Shown: one piece after another, positions 24,738 through 38,190 of the stretch
How positions within the stretch are numbered: the first letter of the stretch is position 1
Layout: each line of letters starts with the position of its first letter
Assembly (NCBI RefSeq): GCF_024521635.1
Contig: NW_026250404.1
Coordinates: 868,001-932,000 of the forward strand
Source: Tricharina praecox
Lineage: Eukaryota
Length of the DNA stretch: 64,000 nucleotides
Direction: 5' to 3'
Position numbers and translations under genes: made by a program
Notes under the pieces: model-generated
Told to the model about the DNA's origin: nothing
What the model saw: the letters and a program-made list of their open reading frames with translations, nothing else
The model's database searches: none

Positions 24738-25819
24738 ACAATTACGAGGCCAAATTGATCTTGTCTTTCATACCAGTCCGGTGTAGCTGTGTATTTTTTT
24801 CTTCGAGTGAGTTATGGATACTTCTGTGTAATCAAAGGATGCGGGAGGATTTAGGGTAGCGATATGGTCTCGGTATGGTATTTATGCACGCATAATCAAT
24901 TGTGTCAAACTTTGGTCGCCCGGAGTCGTCGGCACGAATAAGGTTTTGCGGTGGAAGGTCGAGTCTCGAGACCGAGTCTCGGCGGCCGCGACAGACTGTC
25001 GACGAGTACCATATGGTTACGCACACACACCTCCGACAACCACACCAACCTTCCGAAAATGCCAAGACTATGCGTTGGCACACCAAATGCCCCGCTCACT
25101 TTGACTTCAGGATTCATGTGGCGTGTGTGTCCACTCTTTCCGACCGCGGATTGAGTGCCCCGACCGACGAATTCGACGACGATGAGCATGAAGCGATAGA
25201 GATCAATCGAGCCTCGGTCCCTGGCCGGAGAACTGCACCACCACGGGTGCTACGTCCGAACCTCTGAAGAAGTCTCACCATCGCTTCCCCGCACATCATC
25301 ATCGATTTCAGGCTGGCCTTGGGTAAAACCCCGATCTCGGGCATGGTCCTTGGCCCTTGGGTGGCCAAGTAAGATATGGTGCCTAGATAGAGCGCAGTGA
25401 TCGGGGCGGGGCGCCGCACCTTAGGCGGCCGAGGACCGACCCGTCCGTCAGTCCGAGGCGAGGACCTGACGGACAGATTTTACAACCGTGACCCGTCTTT
25501 CCCAGGCTCGGACTGCCCGGCATTTTGACCGTCCGGACTGGACGATGGAGAACATACACTGCATCTCTGCGATTGGCTTCGTTAAGGCATATAGTAAATT
25601 CACGCGTTACAAGCTATCATTCACATGCACGATTGAGTTCGGATGATTTTAGCAGCGTTTCACTTCACGAAAAACAGTCTATTAACAGGTTCAGTCAAGT
25701 TTTATTAAAGAAGAAGTAAGATCTAGGAGTGTGTTGCGATTCGAGTCAGTCGGTAATCTAATCGTAGCATTTTCCTGTCAGATGTAACCAAATGTAACCA
25801 AATCGACTTGTACCACCAA

Positions 25820-27685
25820 TCAGAAGTTCTCCAAGTTGAAGTGAACCTTGCGACCGCGGGATTTGCTGCGGTTGCGAGGCGGCTGCTGGGTGGCGTCGGT
25901 AACCTTGAGGGCATTGAGGCGCTTCGTCAGGTCTTCATTCGAATCCGCGGACCCGAATTCCTTGCTAAGCATCTCCCTGATGGCGGCGCGCTCGCGCTCC
26001 TCTTCGGCGTCCTGAATGGCCTTCCTCGCGGCTTCCTCCTTGGAATTCTGCTCGTCCTCCATCCTTATGAACTCGTCGTACTGCGTCTGTGCAAAGTGCA
26101 GCTGCTTCTGGATTTCGGTGATCACTCGCTGCTCCTCTTCAGCCTGAGCCTGAGCCTGGATGGCGCGCTGAGCGGCTTCATCGTCTGCAGCTTTCTTGAG
26201 AGCCGCTTGCTTAGCTGCCTCCTCGGCTTGCTGTTCCTTAGCCGCCTCAGCCCAGCGGCGCTCGATCTCCGCTTGCTGCTCCTTAGCCACTTCGACAGCC
26301 CAGCGGCGCTCCATCTCAGCTTGCTGCTCCTTAGCCGCTTCAGCCCGGCGGCGCTCCATCTCCGCTTTCTGCTCCTTAGCCGCTTCAGCCCAGCGGCGCT
26401 CGACCTCGGCTTGCTGGGCTGCGACATTCTGATTGTGGTAGACAGCGGAGTCGGTAGCCTCTTTGTGCGCAGCTGTGAGTCTGGTGATAGCCTCTTCCAG
26501 TGCCTTCTTGTGTTTCTCGGCCTCGGTAGCGAAAATCTTAGCCGTGTCAGCCTTTGACCTAGCCGCAGCCTTGTTGAGTTCATCAGCGATAAACTTGGCC
26601 GTGTCGGCTTTTGCGGCGGCTTCGATCTTGGCTAGTTCGGTGGCCAAATGATTAGAAAAATCCTGTTTAGCAGAAGCCTCGGCTTTGGCAAGCTCCTGCT
26701 GGTAGACTCTGCTGGCCTCAGCTGCGGCAGCCTCGGATTCTTCCAGCTTCTTGAGCAACTTGGCCTCTTCCTCGAGTTTATACTTCAGAGTTACAGTGGC
26801 CTCGTCAGCATCCTGCTTAGCCTTCTGAAGCTCCGCAGCAAGATCGGCCTTCTGTTTGGCTTCAGCTTCCTCCTGGAGTCTCGCCCGTTCCGCCCTCTCA
26901 GCGGCTTCCCTCTTAGCCTTTTCCTTCCAAGCCTCGATTTCCTGGGCCAAGAGCTCCTCACGACGACGATCGCGCTGACACAAGCTGCACCTGTCGCAGC
27001 ACTCCATCCGGTCTTCATCTTCACTGTAGGAAATCGAGATACCGCAGACGGAGCATGAGGAAGTTTGGATCTGGATACTAATGTTCCCACCGGCTGGATT
27101 CGAGAAAGACCTACGTCCGCCTTGGTCGTAGGGCCGTGGGTTGGGGTCTAATAGCGACTAGTGGTCAGTATTCAACTTCATAGAACCAATAGGCGAGTGA
27201 CCAAAGGTTTTGAACGAACCTGGGAACGAACCTGGCATAGGCTCCCTCGGATGAAAAACGCAGGGCGGTTTCGCGAAGCCGCTGGGGATGAACGGCCCAG
27301 TGTGAAGAGGCTGAACAACGAACTGAGGTTGCCTATCGCCGATCGGCTGCGCATCGGGAGAAACAGGGAAGAATCCGGTGGTGGACCAGAAGCCGCCCGG
27401 CATGCAGCCGACTGGGGGCAACGGACCGACATGCTGAGCTCCCATAGGAACAGCGGTGATTGGAGCTCCCTGAGGAATCTTCGCATGGGGAGATGGGTCC
27501 ACACAGACCGGTGGTGGGTGGTAGAACACCGGAGGTGGGCGCGATTGTCCTGGGCTAACGGTGAGGGATTTGTCAGCACCGCATTGTTGTTTGCGTAAGC
27601 TCGGAGAGGATGAGAAATGAGAGGGAGGACCATACACCGTAGGTTGTCTCACAACCACGGCAGGTTGATGATAATACAACGGCAT
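25820..27685 (-). CDS. Hypothetical protein: Pro-rich N-part, Cys cluster, long Ala/Glu/Lys coiled coil with internal repeats
   Basis: ORF 25820..27007 is strongly helical and extends upstream in frame to ~27157; ORF 27158..27685 is Pro-rich with a good start context; intron signals between them but the exon joining is uncertain. Confidence 0.6.
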
Positions 27686-27814
27686 GATGGATTTGTGCTG
27701 CGAACGGTATACAACTGGCCGAAGACGGATGCGGAATAGAGGGGGAGGGGTGAGAAGGTAGTGGTGGTGTGGTGGTGGTGTGGTGATGATGGTGATGTAG
27801 TGATAGAAGGCGGA

Positions 27815-27880
27815 TGTGTGATTGGGGATATGTGATTGGGATTGGTGATTGGGATGTGTGATTGGGATGTGTGATTGGGG
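27815..27880 (-). promoter_or_regulatory. Tandem array of six CCAAT boxes upstream of the 27685 ATG
   Basis: ATTGG on + strand at 27821, 27835, 27841, 27848, 27861, 27874, mostly as CCCAATCAC on the - strand. Confidence 0.4.
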
Positions 27881-28075
27881 TAGGGCTCGGGAGATCGTGG
27901 TTTGCTGTGGAGTTTTAGATGGGACGAACCCTAACTGCCGCCAACCAATTGCAAGTCTAACCGGAGTGAAGATGAGTAGGTACGTAATTCAGTATTCTTA
28001 TGCAAACGGCGACGATCGTGATGGTGACCGTGGGAGGATCGTGGTTGGCCGCTGCAACGGGAAGCACTAGCGCGT

Positions 28076-28115
28076 TCACTGCCGCGGGATGCCAATCACT
28101 GCCGCGGGATGCCAA
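28076..28115. repeat. Perfect 20-bp tandem duplication
   Basis: tcactgccgcgggatgccaa x2. Confidence 0.9.
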
Positions 28116-31100
28116 GGCGATCGTCTAAATGTGGTAACAGACGCAGCGCTTGGCGAATTAGAGCTTCCACGCGGTATCGAAGCGCGCCACATGGGCACAG
28201 CGAGTCCGTCTTGCTTTCTTAAATTCCATCTTATCCTACGCTGACTCTGCAGCCGCGCGTGCAGCAGCCCGCATTCTGGGGCTTGAGCCGCACTTCGTCT
28301 ATCTACCTAACTGATCAACGATGCAACTGCCATATGGCATGCGACGCTGCAGAAACCCCCGATTACGTACCCACACAAGACGGCATCACACCACTATATG
28401 TCCCCCGGCACATTAACAACATACCATACTATTCCATGCTCGACGTGCTGGCAGTTATTCACTTTTGGGCTTTTTCCGGCGGTTCTTCTCATAACAAGCA
28501 AGCACGTAGGTGCACACATTCTTAGCTCCCCCACGCTCGGCCGCCCAGATCCCCATGGAAGAGCCCAGATTCTACGAGTGCGAGCTGAAAATCTTCCTCA
28601 GTGGCTCCTACGATGCAGTGAGCTCTGGCCTCCCAAGACCGAGCCAACGGGAATTCAACTGCAAGACGGCATGTTTCGCATTTTTTCCTGCGCTTTGCTG
28701 TCACCGCGCGCCGGCGATACCCAATAGATGTATAGACTGCGCTGTGTTGTCTGGACTCACCCAACCACAGTCTTGACTGCGATAGATGACGGCGTTGTAC
28801 TGCAAGATTCCTCACAGGAGTGGGGATGGCACTAGCCAGAAGCGACATCTTCCATCCTCTGGACCCCGCACTAACCAACTACCTACTTACCGGCACTCCG
28901 AGAGAGAGAAAAAGGTACTTGTGGACAGCCGTCCTTTCGGTATACAGAGAAGTCCTTTCTTTGCTTGCTGGATTTCGACGGATCCTGCCACGGAAATCTG
29001 TCCCGATCGCAGGAGATCGGGGCACTCCCAATCCTCGTGCTATATAACAGCCTCTATCCTCGTTCCTGTCTTCTTTCCCACCCACTTCGCGTGATTTCTA
29101 CTGCTGGCCGACCACGGTCCATTCCGTGATGGTAGTGTTGCGTTATAACCTGCGAACGACACTTTCCGATCTCCTGGATCTCATCCGAGGACGCGGGGGC
29201 GAGCCCTTCTGCAGCCGCGGCTGCATTATGAACCGGATTGGCGCCCCAATTGTAACCTGCCTTACGTATCCTTCGCGCTCGCTCGCCCAACCCTCATACA
29301 TACCTTAACGTCGCGGCATCTCCTTGGACCTGGCAGACACCCTCCGTGTGAATGTCACGCACACGGGGAATAATATCAGCCATTGGAAGAAATCAGAGAG
29401 AAAAAGGCTTTCAAGGCTAGGATGGCGGGGATGATCGGCCGGACGAGATATGTTTTGCCCCGCCCACCCGCCGGTCAATCACCAGCACGCAAGCTTAGGC
29501 ATGTCGATTAAGCCTCCGAACATATAGACCAGTCATGCAATCTGTTGCGGCTGACCACAGCGGACGGACTAGCCTGGAACGTGTTGAATTCTGGTTCATC
29601 GAAGCATGCGCATTTAGAGAAGAAGAATCCTAACGCAGCCGATAAGGTGCATGCTATCGACTGTCGGAGCCAATTGGACCAGTGATTCACCAACTATGGA
29701 CCACACAGTATGTACGTACTACATGTAATCTGATATCCACTGGTGACGCAACCGCGCTCCGCACCCCACTCGGAGCTTTAACTTGCTGTTCAGATGCACT
29801 TTGCATTCCGGAAGATCAACTCTGGTCGCGGATGTTCCCGTACCCGTGCAGACCGGCATCGCCAATTCAGACCATACGGCGCCTGCGTTTAGAGAAGGGT
29901 GACACAAACAGCCTATAGGACCAACATATGACAACCTCCGCAATGCACCAGAATGAGCTTGGGTCCAGGTGATTGGTGCCCGAGGTTGCTCCTGTGACCT
30001 TATCGGGGGTGTTCATTCGGCGCCGACTGCTGCTGTTGTCCCTTCCGACGCTACTATACCCCGGATTTTCTCCGTCCATTGGTGTGCGCACAGTTGAGAT
30101 GCTGGCCACATATCGCTATCATAACACGACAAACCCTGAGAGGTATGAATCGCGCCCCTTCCATTGCTGACAATTGCTAACAAACCCAACCGGCTCAATT
30201 TAGTCACTTTGGAATGCAAGCGTCCAATACCGCCCCGTGTCAGCACCTCTCTCCGAGTCCATATATGCACCTGTTCGAGATGCATACCCAGATCCTACAG
30301 ATTACAGAGGTCGGGGCAACCCTCTTGGTCGACTCGTAGCACGCAACGGCCATCCTCGAGCTTTCTTTGAGGATTCGTTCTCCCGTCCGGGCGATTCTCC
30401 CAGTGTCTCGGCAACTCGTCCAAGTGGGGGGGGGGCTTGCCGGCATATACACAAGAAGACCAACTAGGCACTCACGGAAAAAGAAAGCACCTGCGTGCGC
30501 ACGTGCATGCACATGCGTACATCGACGCAGTGCAGGACCAACCGCCTCAATGATCCGCCATTCAGCCAATGCCATCGAACCATAGCGGCAGAAAGTGCTA
30601 GGAGTGGTGTCTCGTGCCTAAAAGCTCCCCCCAATGGTTCTATGCTGCGGGATAACGCTGCATTGGCTTTGCGTGGCCCCATAGCACCAGATCTTGTCTA
30701 TGCCGTCAGATTGCAGATGCGGGGTTTGGGTTTACCAGCTGTTCGACAGGACTAGAGCTGAAACCGTGGGCAGCCATTCGATGTGCAGCCAGTCCCTGCA
30801 GAAACTCCCCCCGGTTACGCAAGGCATGTCCACACCCACAATCCACATCACCTAGGTACATCTCAGAAGGTCAGAACATCGGCCGCAGAAGCTGTAATAA
30901 CCGGAGATCATCAGTCGCAGAAACCATAATAATCAAAAGTAGACTGTTTCCACCGAGGGGTTGAGTGACTGCCGTATGTACCATGATCATATATTGACAT
31001 ATTCACTCACGAACTCGGCCCGGTCAGGATTTGTTGGAACAATTTTTCAAAATGCAAAAACAGACACGTAAGAAGCCTCTTAGCAGTTATGTGTACGACC

Positions 31101-31140
31101 CTGCCCACGGCCAGTCTGAAGGAAAGAAAAAAACAGCCGG

Positions 31141-32013
31141 TTATGCAACGAGAAACAATTTCTGATCATGATCTAATGCAAAACAGGCCTCAATCAACGC
31201 AAATGCAAACAAAAAACACGTGAATTTGATCCGTCGTATACTGGTATTGCGGCCGTGGGTATCGTTAGGTGGGTTCGCACTGACGCAGCTGGGTGGTGGA
31301 GATGCAATCAAATGCATACGGTCCCACAGTTGGGGCAGCACTAAACAGTTCGGATTAGCATTTCGACTACGGCCTTTATACGATCTCGATCGATGAGATA
31401 GATACCTTTCCTCTAATGACCCACTGCTCCGTGCCTTCCTCGAGACATTTGGGGCAACGGATGCCAGGAATCTGATTCTAAATTTAGCCGAGTTCTCAAC
31501 GGAGTGGACTGAAGGATGCGGAATCAACAGTTCTGCGGCCTCGTCCTGTACGTGAATATGTACAGGAGTATGGCCGCGGACCGTGGCACGATTTTGGTAG
31601 GATATTGCTTGTAGTTCGCAGGATCTGACCCGTTCGAGTGCATCCGGAACGGGAATCTGATCACTCAGGCCGGTGATCGTTTTTCTTCCCGTCCGGGATG
31701 ACGCCATTCCCATCAACGTGGGACAGCCATGATCCTGCGAACTACACGCCAACACCCTACAAACATCGTCCTGGGAATTCGGCCCCCACCCTCCTCCCCC
31801 TCCCCCGTCCCCACCCGGGGCCTGTTCATCCCTAATGCAGTGTTCTAGGAGTGGCGATATCAGACCACTTACTCCTGTGTGGCCTATCGCGTTTGCCTCA
31901 ACATCCCAGCCGATGATTGACTCAATGGAAACCGCTTGCTCGAAGCAATCGAGGTGTCCCATGGACTCGGATTCGAACGAACCCGGAAACATAGCGTCGG
32001 TAGTGGGGAACAT
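31141..32013 (-). CDS. Possible orphan hypothetical protein
   Basis: 290-codon ORF with ATG, TATAAAAG ~180 bp upstream on the - strand and a C/A-rich leader; no recognisable domain. Confidence 0.3.
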   Translation of the reverse strand: MFPTTDAMFPGSFESESMGHLDCFEQAVSIESIIGWDVEANAIGHTGVSGLISPLLEHCIRDEQAPGGDGGGGGGWGPNSQDDVCRVLACSSQDHGCPTLMGMASSRTGRKTITGLSDQIPVPDALERVRSCELQAISYQNRATVRGHTPVHIHVQDEAAELLIPHPSVHSVENSAKFRIRFLASVAPNVSRKARSSGSLEERYLSHRSRSYKGRSRNANPNCLVLPQLWDRMHLIASPPPSCVSANPPNDTHGRNTSIRRIKFTCFLFAFALIEACFALDHDQKLFLVA

Positions 32014-33277
32014 CTCGAAGTGATGGGATTTCGGATTTTGGATTGGGGTGAAGCTTGGAGTGGAGGTGCCCGTGGGGTATATACTGAGGTTTGTATACTG
32101 GTTATACTGATCGGTAGATAGCGAGTTGTTTGGAGCGGAGGGGTAGCTGGTTGATTTTGCTGAATATCTTCGCTGACTCTGCTGGGCCTTTTATAGATCA
32201 GACTGATGGATTGTCGTCCAAGTGGAAAACCGGTCATACCGGGAAGGATTCCAGAACGGGGCACAAATTAAAGACATAACTCGAGTAGATGGGCGAGGTT
32301 ATTTCTCCAGGTACCTCCCCCCCCTCCCTCCCTCCCCTCCCCTGTCGACTCACAAAGGACCGGCGCGGATCATTCTTTGTTTTTTCTATATTCCTTTCTC
32401 CGCTCTATGCTCTGCTCTGTCTACTGTTACGCCCTCACCCGCTCACCCGCTGTGCCAGCGAATTCGTTTTTTTCGTCGTCCTCTTGCTCGTAGGGTGCAC
32501 TGATCTCCCTCGAGGCGCAAAGCCGGCGCTATCTAGCTATTCCAGCTGGTCTGGATGCCGAGTCATGGGCTCACACATCGATTGCGAGCCTGCCTACCCT
32601 GATTTACAATTCGGCGGCGCAGCTATGTGGTTTTACTATTCCCGTTGCTGTCGGCTGTCTCCAGCGGTGGCCGTCATCAAAGTGGGTGGTGCGCGCTTGG
32701 GCCAAACGCTCGGGCCAGGGTGCGGGTCTATCGATCGATTGGGGAGGGGAAACAGCACTACTACATGAGAGCTCGAGTCGGTATAACAGAGAGAATGTTT
32801 CGTAGCCATTTTCGGCGGCTAGTGAAGTACCGATGTCTGAGCTTTCTCTCTTCCCTCTCCCTTCTCACTTCTTACTTCTCACTTCTCTCTCTTTTCTCTT
32901 CCGTTGCGGTTGCCCGAAGTTGCGGGCTAGGAAGCCGATGAGCCCATCCACCAATTGCGAGCTGAGGCCTGCACGGGCTTCTCGTGATGAGATGGGGCTT
33001 TACCGGTGGCAAATCACGGAGGCCCCGCAAACCGCTCGGTGGGAGAGGGCGAGTGGGTGCGAAGGGAGACATGTCTTTTCTGATGCATCGTTTTGAGGCC
33101 TATTCACCACCAAAAAGTCTGATGGGGGGGGAAGAGATAAAGACACCCAAAACCTTTACACTCTTGGCGGGGGAAGAAGACCACAGAGGCCGCAGAAACC
33201 GACCATGAGGACTCTAATCGCTTTGTGCTATGTGATCAAGACATGATTCACATGGCAACAGAACGAGATGGCTACTA

Positions 33278-33464
33278 CTCACAAGGCCGGAAATTTTGCG
33301 GGCCCCCCTGCAAAAATATGATCTGAGATTAGATCAGTGGCTGAGAATGAGCAATTACCCCTATGTGAGATAATAGATTCTACGGTTGAGCCACTCGAAG
33401 CCACAGATCTAATCTCAGATCATATCTTTGTAGGGGGGGCCCGCAAAATTTCCGGCCTTGTGAG
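33278..33464. mobile_element. MITE, 187 bp, ~65-bp terminal inverted repeats, TA target-site duplication (Tc1/mariner-type)
   Basis: Left arm 33278-33342 CTCACAAGGCCGGAAATTTTGCGGGCCCCCC..GATCTGAGATTAGATC; right arm 33399-33464 is its reverse complement with 3 mismatches and 1 indel; TA at 33276-33277 and 33465-33466. Confidence 0.85.
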
Positions 33465-36400
33465 TATACTCTACTCTCCACAGCTCTGGGGATTTGGCGC
33501 TTCCTGGCTCGAGTATGGTAGATACCGGACGTCGCTCACTTCACATGACAACGTCCTCCACCACCACCAACAGCTCGAGACTACCACCAGACTAAGGCAA
33601 CGCATGGGGAGTCAATAAACCTCGCAAATAATATTGATAACCGAATGCGATCTGCGGTGCGTCGCCCCCAGACTCAACCAGCCGGCTGCAGTAGCAGCAC
33701 GCACATATCTCTGTCATGTCGGTTGTATTTATGCTGCTGCTGAACGATTCGTGATCGATCCGCAAGATGGGTGGGCGCCAGGAGCAGTGAAGCATGGCCC
33801 TCAGCTGGGGCGGAAGGTCCCATTCACTTGGCTACGCTTAGTGAGAGCGGCTTCTCCAATGGAACTGGCTCGAGACTTCTTCACCCCTCGGACCTGTTGC
33901 GGTGGTGGCTCGCTCGCTCACGCACGCACGCAGATTGATCCCAGCGACACACGCCCTTCTGCTCCACGCTCTAGGGGGTTTTTTTTATATAATGTTTTGT
34001 TTTTTACATTTTTTTATCTTTCGGGCTTCGCTACCTCCGCTACGAATGCGGTGGATCTCCGGTGGGGGCCAGCGATTGGGGAGACGACTGGAACTGGGGA
34101 CGACGTGCGGCGGGCTTGGGGAATGGAGCTAAGCTAGCTTTGGATACTACACTGTATTGTACAGTATTGTCTCCATTGCGCTGCAGAATCATCGTCGAGA
34201 GGGAATCGTCCCCCCACACAGCATGCGGTAAACCTCCGTTCTCCGTGTCTGCACCGGAGAGTTAGCCATTTCGCTACCCAGTAACCACACACATGCATCC
34301 AGAACCACGGTTCATCGCTATGTATGCGGGTTAATACAGTAAGTTACATACAGTGGTGGGTTCGGCTAAAACAGCGCTAATGCTAATGTTTTCCGCTGAT
34401 ATAGCATGCTCGGCATTTGCTTTTTCGATTCCTTTTCTTGTTTTTTATTTTATTTTACCGACTACAAGCACACGCGGAATACGAAGAGAAGAAGGGGAGG
34501 GACTCAAATCGCACGCCCGCTTTGACCGCTTTCCTCTTCGTGTCTGTGGCTGTTCACCGATTGTGGGGTTTGATTCGGAGCGCCTGAAGATTCTTGGATG
34601 AAGTCGATATGTTGGGTATGATGCAGGTATGTATTACCTTCGGTCCCTTCACCCCCCCTCTCGGCTTCCCGCCCGGGGCATCGAGAGACATGCGTGCGGA
34701 ACCATCATTCAACCTGGATGACCTCCGTACCAATCATTCGCACATCCGGGCGAACAATGGGAATGTACCTCTACACGTGAAGCCCTACCTGTCTGTGAGA
34801 GGCGTCGTCCGGCTGGTCATGTCTTCGCCGCCCCTTCCCCCCGCCCCCGTGGGCGCCTCAAGAACCGTTCTTTTTCTTTCTTTTCGTCCGGGCGTTGCAA
34901 GTACGGAGTTGAAGCTAAAACACGTATAGTTCAATTACATCACACTCTCGAGCTCTCTGTGGATGAACATCCCTACGTGAATGATGGCGGTCTTGGAGGC
35001 CTCATGCGTGCACCTGCTATCATATGGTCGAATGCGTACAGTGTACCTGTACATGGTGGAACATGCTACTCTACTACTCTACCGTATATGGGCCGATGCC
35101 AAGCGGGGAGGCATTTCTTGGGGGAAGTAGGCAGTTCTATTCCTCTCGACTCCCGGCGGCTCATACGATAACTAATTGTGACCTGATATTGACAGTTCGG
35201 GGCCGTGGTTTCCTTCCTCGCTCAACCCAGCCCGTAGAGTGAGTGCTCAACCTTACGTGCGGCTGGTAGATGGTCAGGGAGGTGACATCTGAGTGCGCCG
35301 ATAATACGTACTCTACTCTACTCTGCTCTACTACTACTCTACAAGCCGGCCGACCTCAAGCTGCTAGGACATACATCCGGTGGCGCTCTTGGAGACACAC
35401 AATTCGTGTGGAAATACATCATCCCACGCGTACATCCCCTTCTACTAACTCCCTCTTCCCACCGCTGTATCCTACCTATCTCCACGGCCATTGAGTTGGT
35501 GAGTGGTTTTTCTTTCCTTTTCCTTCCCTTTTCCTTTTCCTATTCCTTGCTTTCCTTTCGTCTTCAACAAGAATGCGCTGAGAATGCGCTGTCTCTTTGT
35601 CTTCACCTCCACCCTCATTCAGGCTATGATGCTCCCATAATGAGGTCCAGGCAATTGCAACCAGGCCAGAAAACACACACACTGCCAAGGAAGAACGAAG
35701 TGTTGTTGGGTGTTGGGGGGGAAGTGAATAATCTGTACTTGCTGCTGCAGAAAGTTCAGTCAGTTCAACCCAAAGATCTAGTGAACCAGGGTTCCCACCC
35801 CTAGTTTCGACCACTAGCGCCGATCCGGGTCAGGCCCTTTGAGGTTTCTTGTTCCACTTGCTGGAATCAGTGTCGGCCGCATCAACCACTTCGCGGTCTG
35901 TGTGTGAATAATCATCAGGTAACTAAAAAAATGTTCGCGGAATCAAATCGTGCGTGCGACACGCAACTTCGAACACATACGTCGATGATACAGTACCTAG
36001 CTTGCGCTGTTTAAAATAAAAAGAAGAAGCGGACGGACTGCCCTGACGAGTAGACTCTATGCAGACCTTCCCCCCCTCACCACCTCACCCCCTGTGCTGT
36101 ATAGGCAGCTCTCCGAAGAGGCAGAAAACCAATCTGCAGGCAAACATCCGGATGGGAACATGCAACACCCCGTCGGTACTTGGCGAGTGAGGATGGGTGA
36201 ACTCTGGACGATACCGTGGTACGATGCTACTGCTGCTGCTGCTATCGGTGAGAATATGGGTTGGATGGATGGACGCCCCGATCCGCCCCCCGGCCAGCCC
36301 AGCCCTAGGCAGCCAGGGATTCGATTCTAATTGAATTGAACTAATCCTAGTACCGAGTCGGAGATCATATCCTCCCCTCCTCGGAGTTTCACGTCCATCC

Positions 36401-38190
36401 ATCCCCCATCCCGAGGAGAAGGAAAGGGGAGTGGATGGGAGAGGATGGGAGGATGGGGGGAGGGGGGGATGTGACACTCCAGCCAACTAGTACGTAACAG
36501 AATGGGACCGGCTATACCAAGCTCCTATCCGTATCTCCGGTACAACAATCGCATTCCCCAATCCCAATCCCCAGCCGGGGGATAGGTACTACATGCATGC
36601 ATATGTACATACCGTACCATACCATCGACCCATCACAATATGCTGATGCATACCGTAGATATGCTCCGGACGATAGAGTAGCTGGGCTTGGTGGGGAATA
36701 CCAACGGGGACTTTTCCCGCCGCGCCGCCCAGCAGGCCAAGTGCCGGAATATCTGTCCGGAAAGCGAGGAGCGAGAGTCGGAGCTTGTTAACTCGTTAAC
36801 TACTCTACATACTCCGCCGTATATGCTACTCTAGAGTCTAGACGTGAAGGAAGTCACTCGTCGACTTGCATGGCGCTAGGTATATCTACTATGGTTAAGT
36901 GCTACACTCTACACTCGACATATGTTGAGTATGTAGAGTAGAGTATGTATATGGCAACTACACCACCGAATGACGGACGGACATGTGATATGTGTGATAT
37001 GTGTGATGTGCTTCACCCACGACGGACGACGACGACAACCTCTCACTTGTGCCCGCTTGTATGTAGACGGGATACTCTATACTCGAAGGAGTAAAATCAA
37101 AGTTATGGGGGTGAGGGAGGGTGAGAGGTGATTGGCTCCATTGACGTACAGAGTACTTGGAGGTGGAGATTGCCGGCGGTGGAAGTGGTGGTGATTAACA
37201 ATTGGGAGCAACCAGCTAACCAGCTAACCAAAAAACTTCATACATATGAAGACAGATATGCCGAACGGGAGGCGGCGGGCGTCACGAGTGACAGAGTTCC
37301 TGAGGCTCTACCCATTGTCACATTGATACTCGCAGTGCAGCAAACGGGGCCCGAGCAAGAGCAAGAGAAAGTCGTACGGTGTATCAAGAGTACGGTGTAG
37401 AGTAGAGTAGAGTGCGGTGTACCAGTCCGTGGCTGGGCGGATGTACCCAATGTGGAGTAGTGTAAAGCATGTGCACCGGTTAGCATCGCCGTCACCGCCC
37501 ACTACCACTACATACCACGACTACAACGACCTCCACCACCACAACAACCACTCCTACAACCACAACCACCATCACTACAACCATAACCAACCAGTAACCC
37601 CCAGCGTCGCAGATCAGGTTACATACGTGGTTCTGTTGGGGCATCCAGCTTCTCAGACAGATCTCCGGTTCTCAGGTTCTCAGGTTCTCAGCTCTCGCTC
37701 ACGCTCGCTAGGCGCTCTACAATACTACTGGATCACCACTGCTGCGCGCACGAATGCATGGTCGATCAGCGTGTATATATACCTACATAGAGTAGTACAT
37801 AGACAGGTACATACGTCCACGCAGGTATGATATGTATAGCAGGCATAGTATGATATGTAGAGCAACGGATGGATGTGATATGACGGGAGATCCAAATTAT
37901 TTTATTTTTATTCCGCCCTGGTTCCAGACGCTGCACTGTACTGCAATGCACTGCACCACCACCACAACCACCACCGGCGGATTAGAGCTGTTGCAGATTA
38001 AGCTCTTGTAACCTAAAAATCACCCATGATGTGTGTATAGTACAGTACTGTCTAGAGCTTCCGATACATAATGTATCACATATATAATGTATCATACTTA
38101 TGTACCACGATTATTCCACCTCCAGCCGCGGGCACCGCAACTTTCACCACCACCAGCATCTCCACCTCAACCATCGCCACTACATAAGTA

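Noticed and set aside
25808..26557. Leu-rich + strand ORF with SPAAL repeats
   Set aside because: Antisense reading of the Glu/Lys/Ala coiled-coil gene
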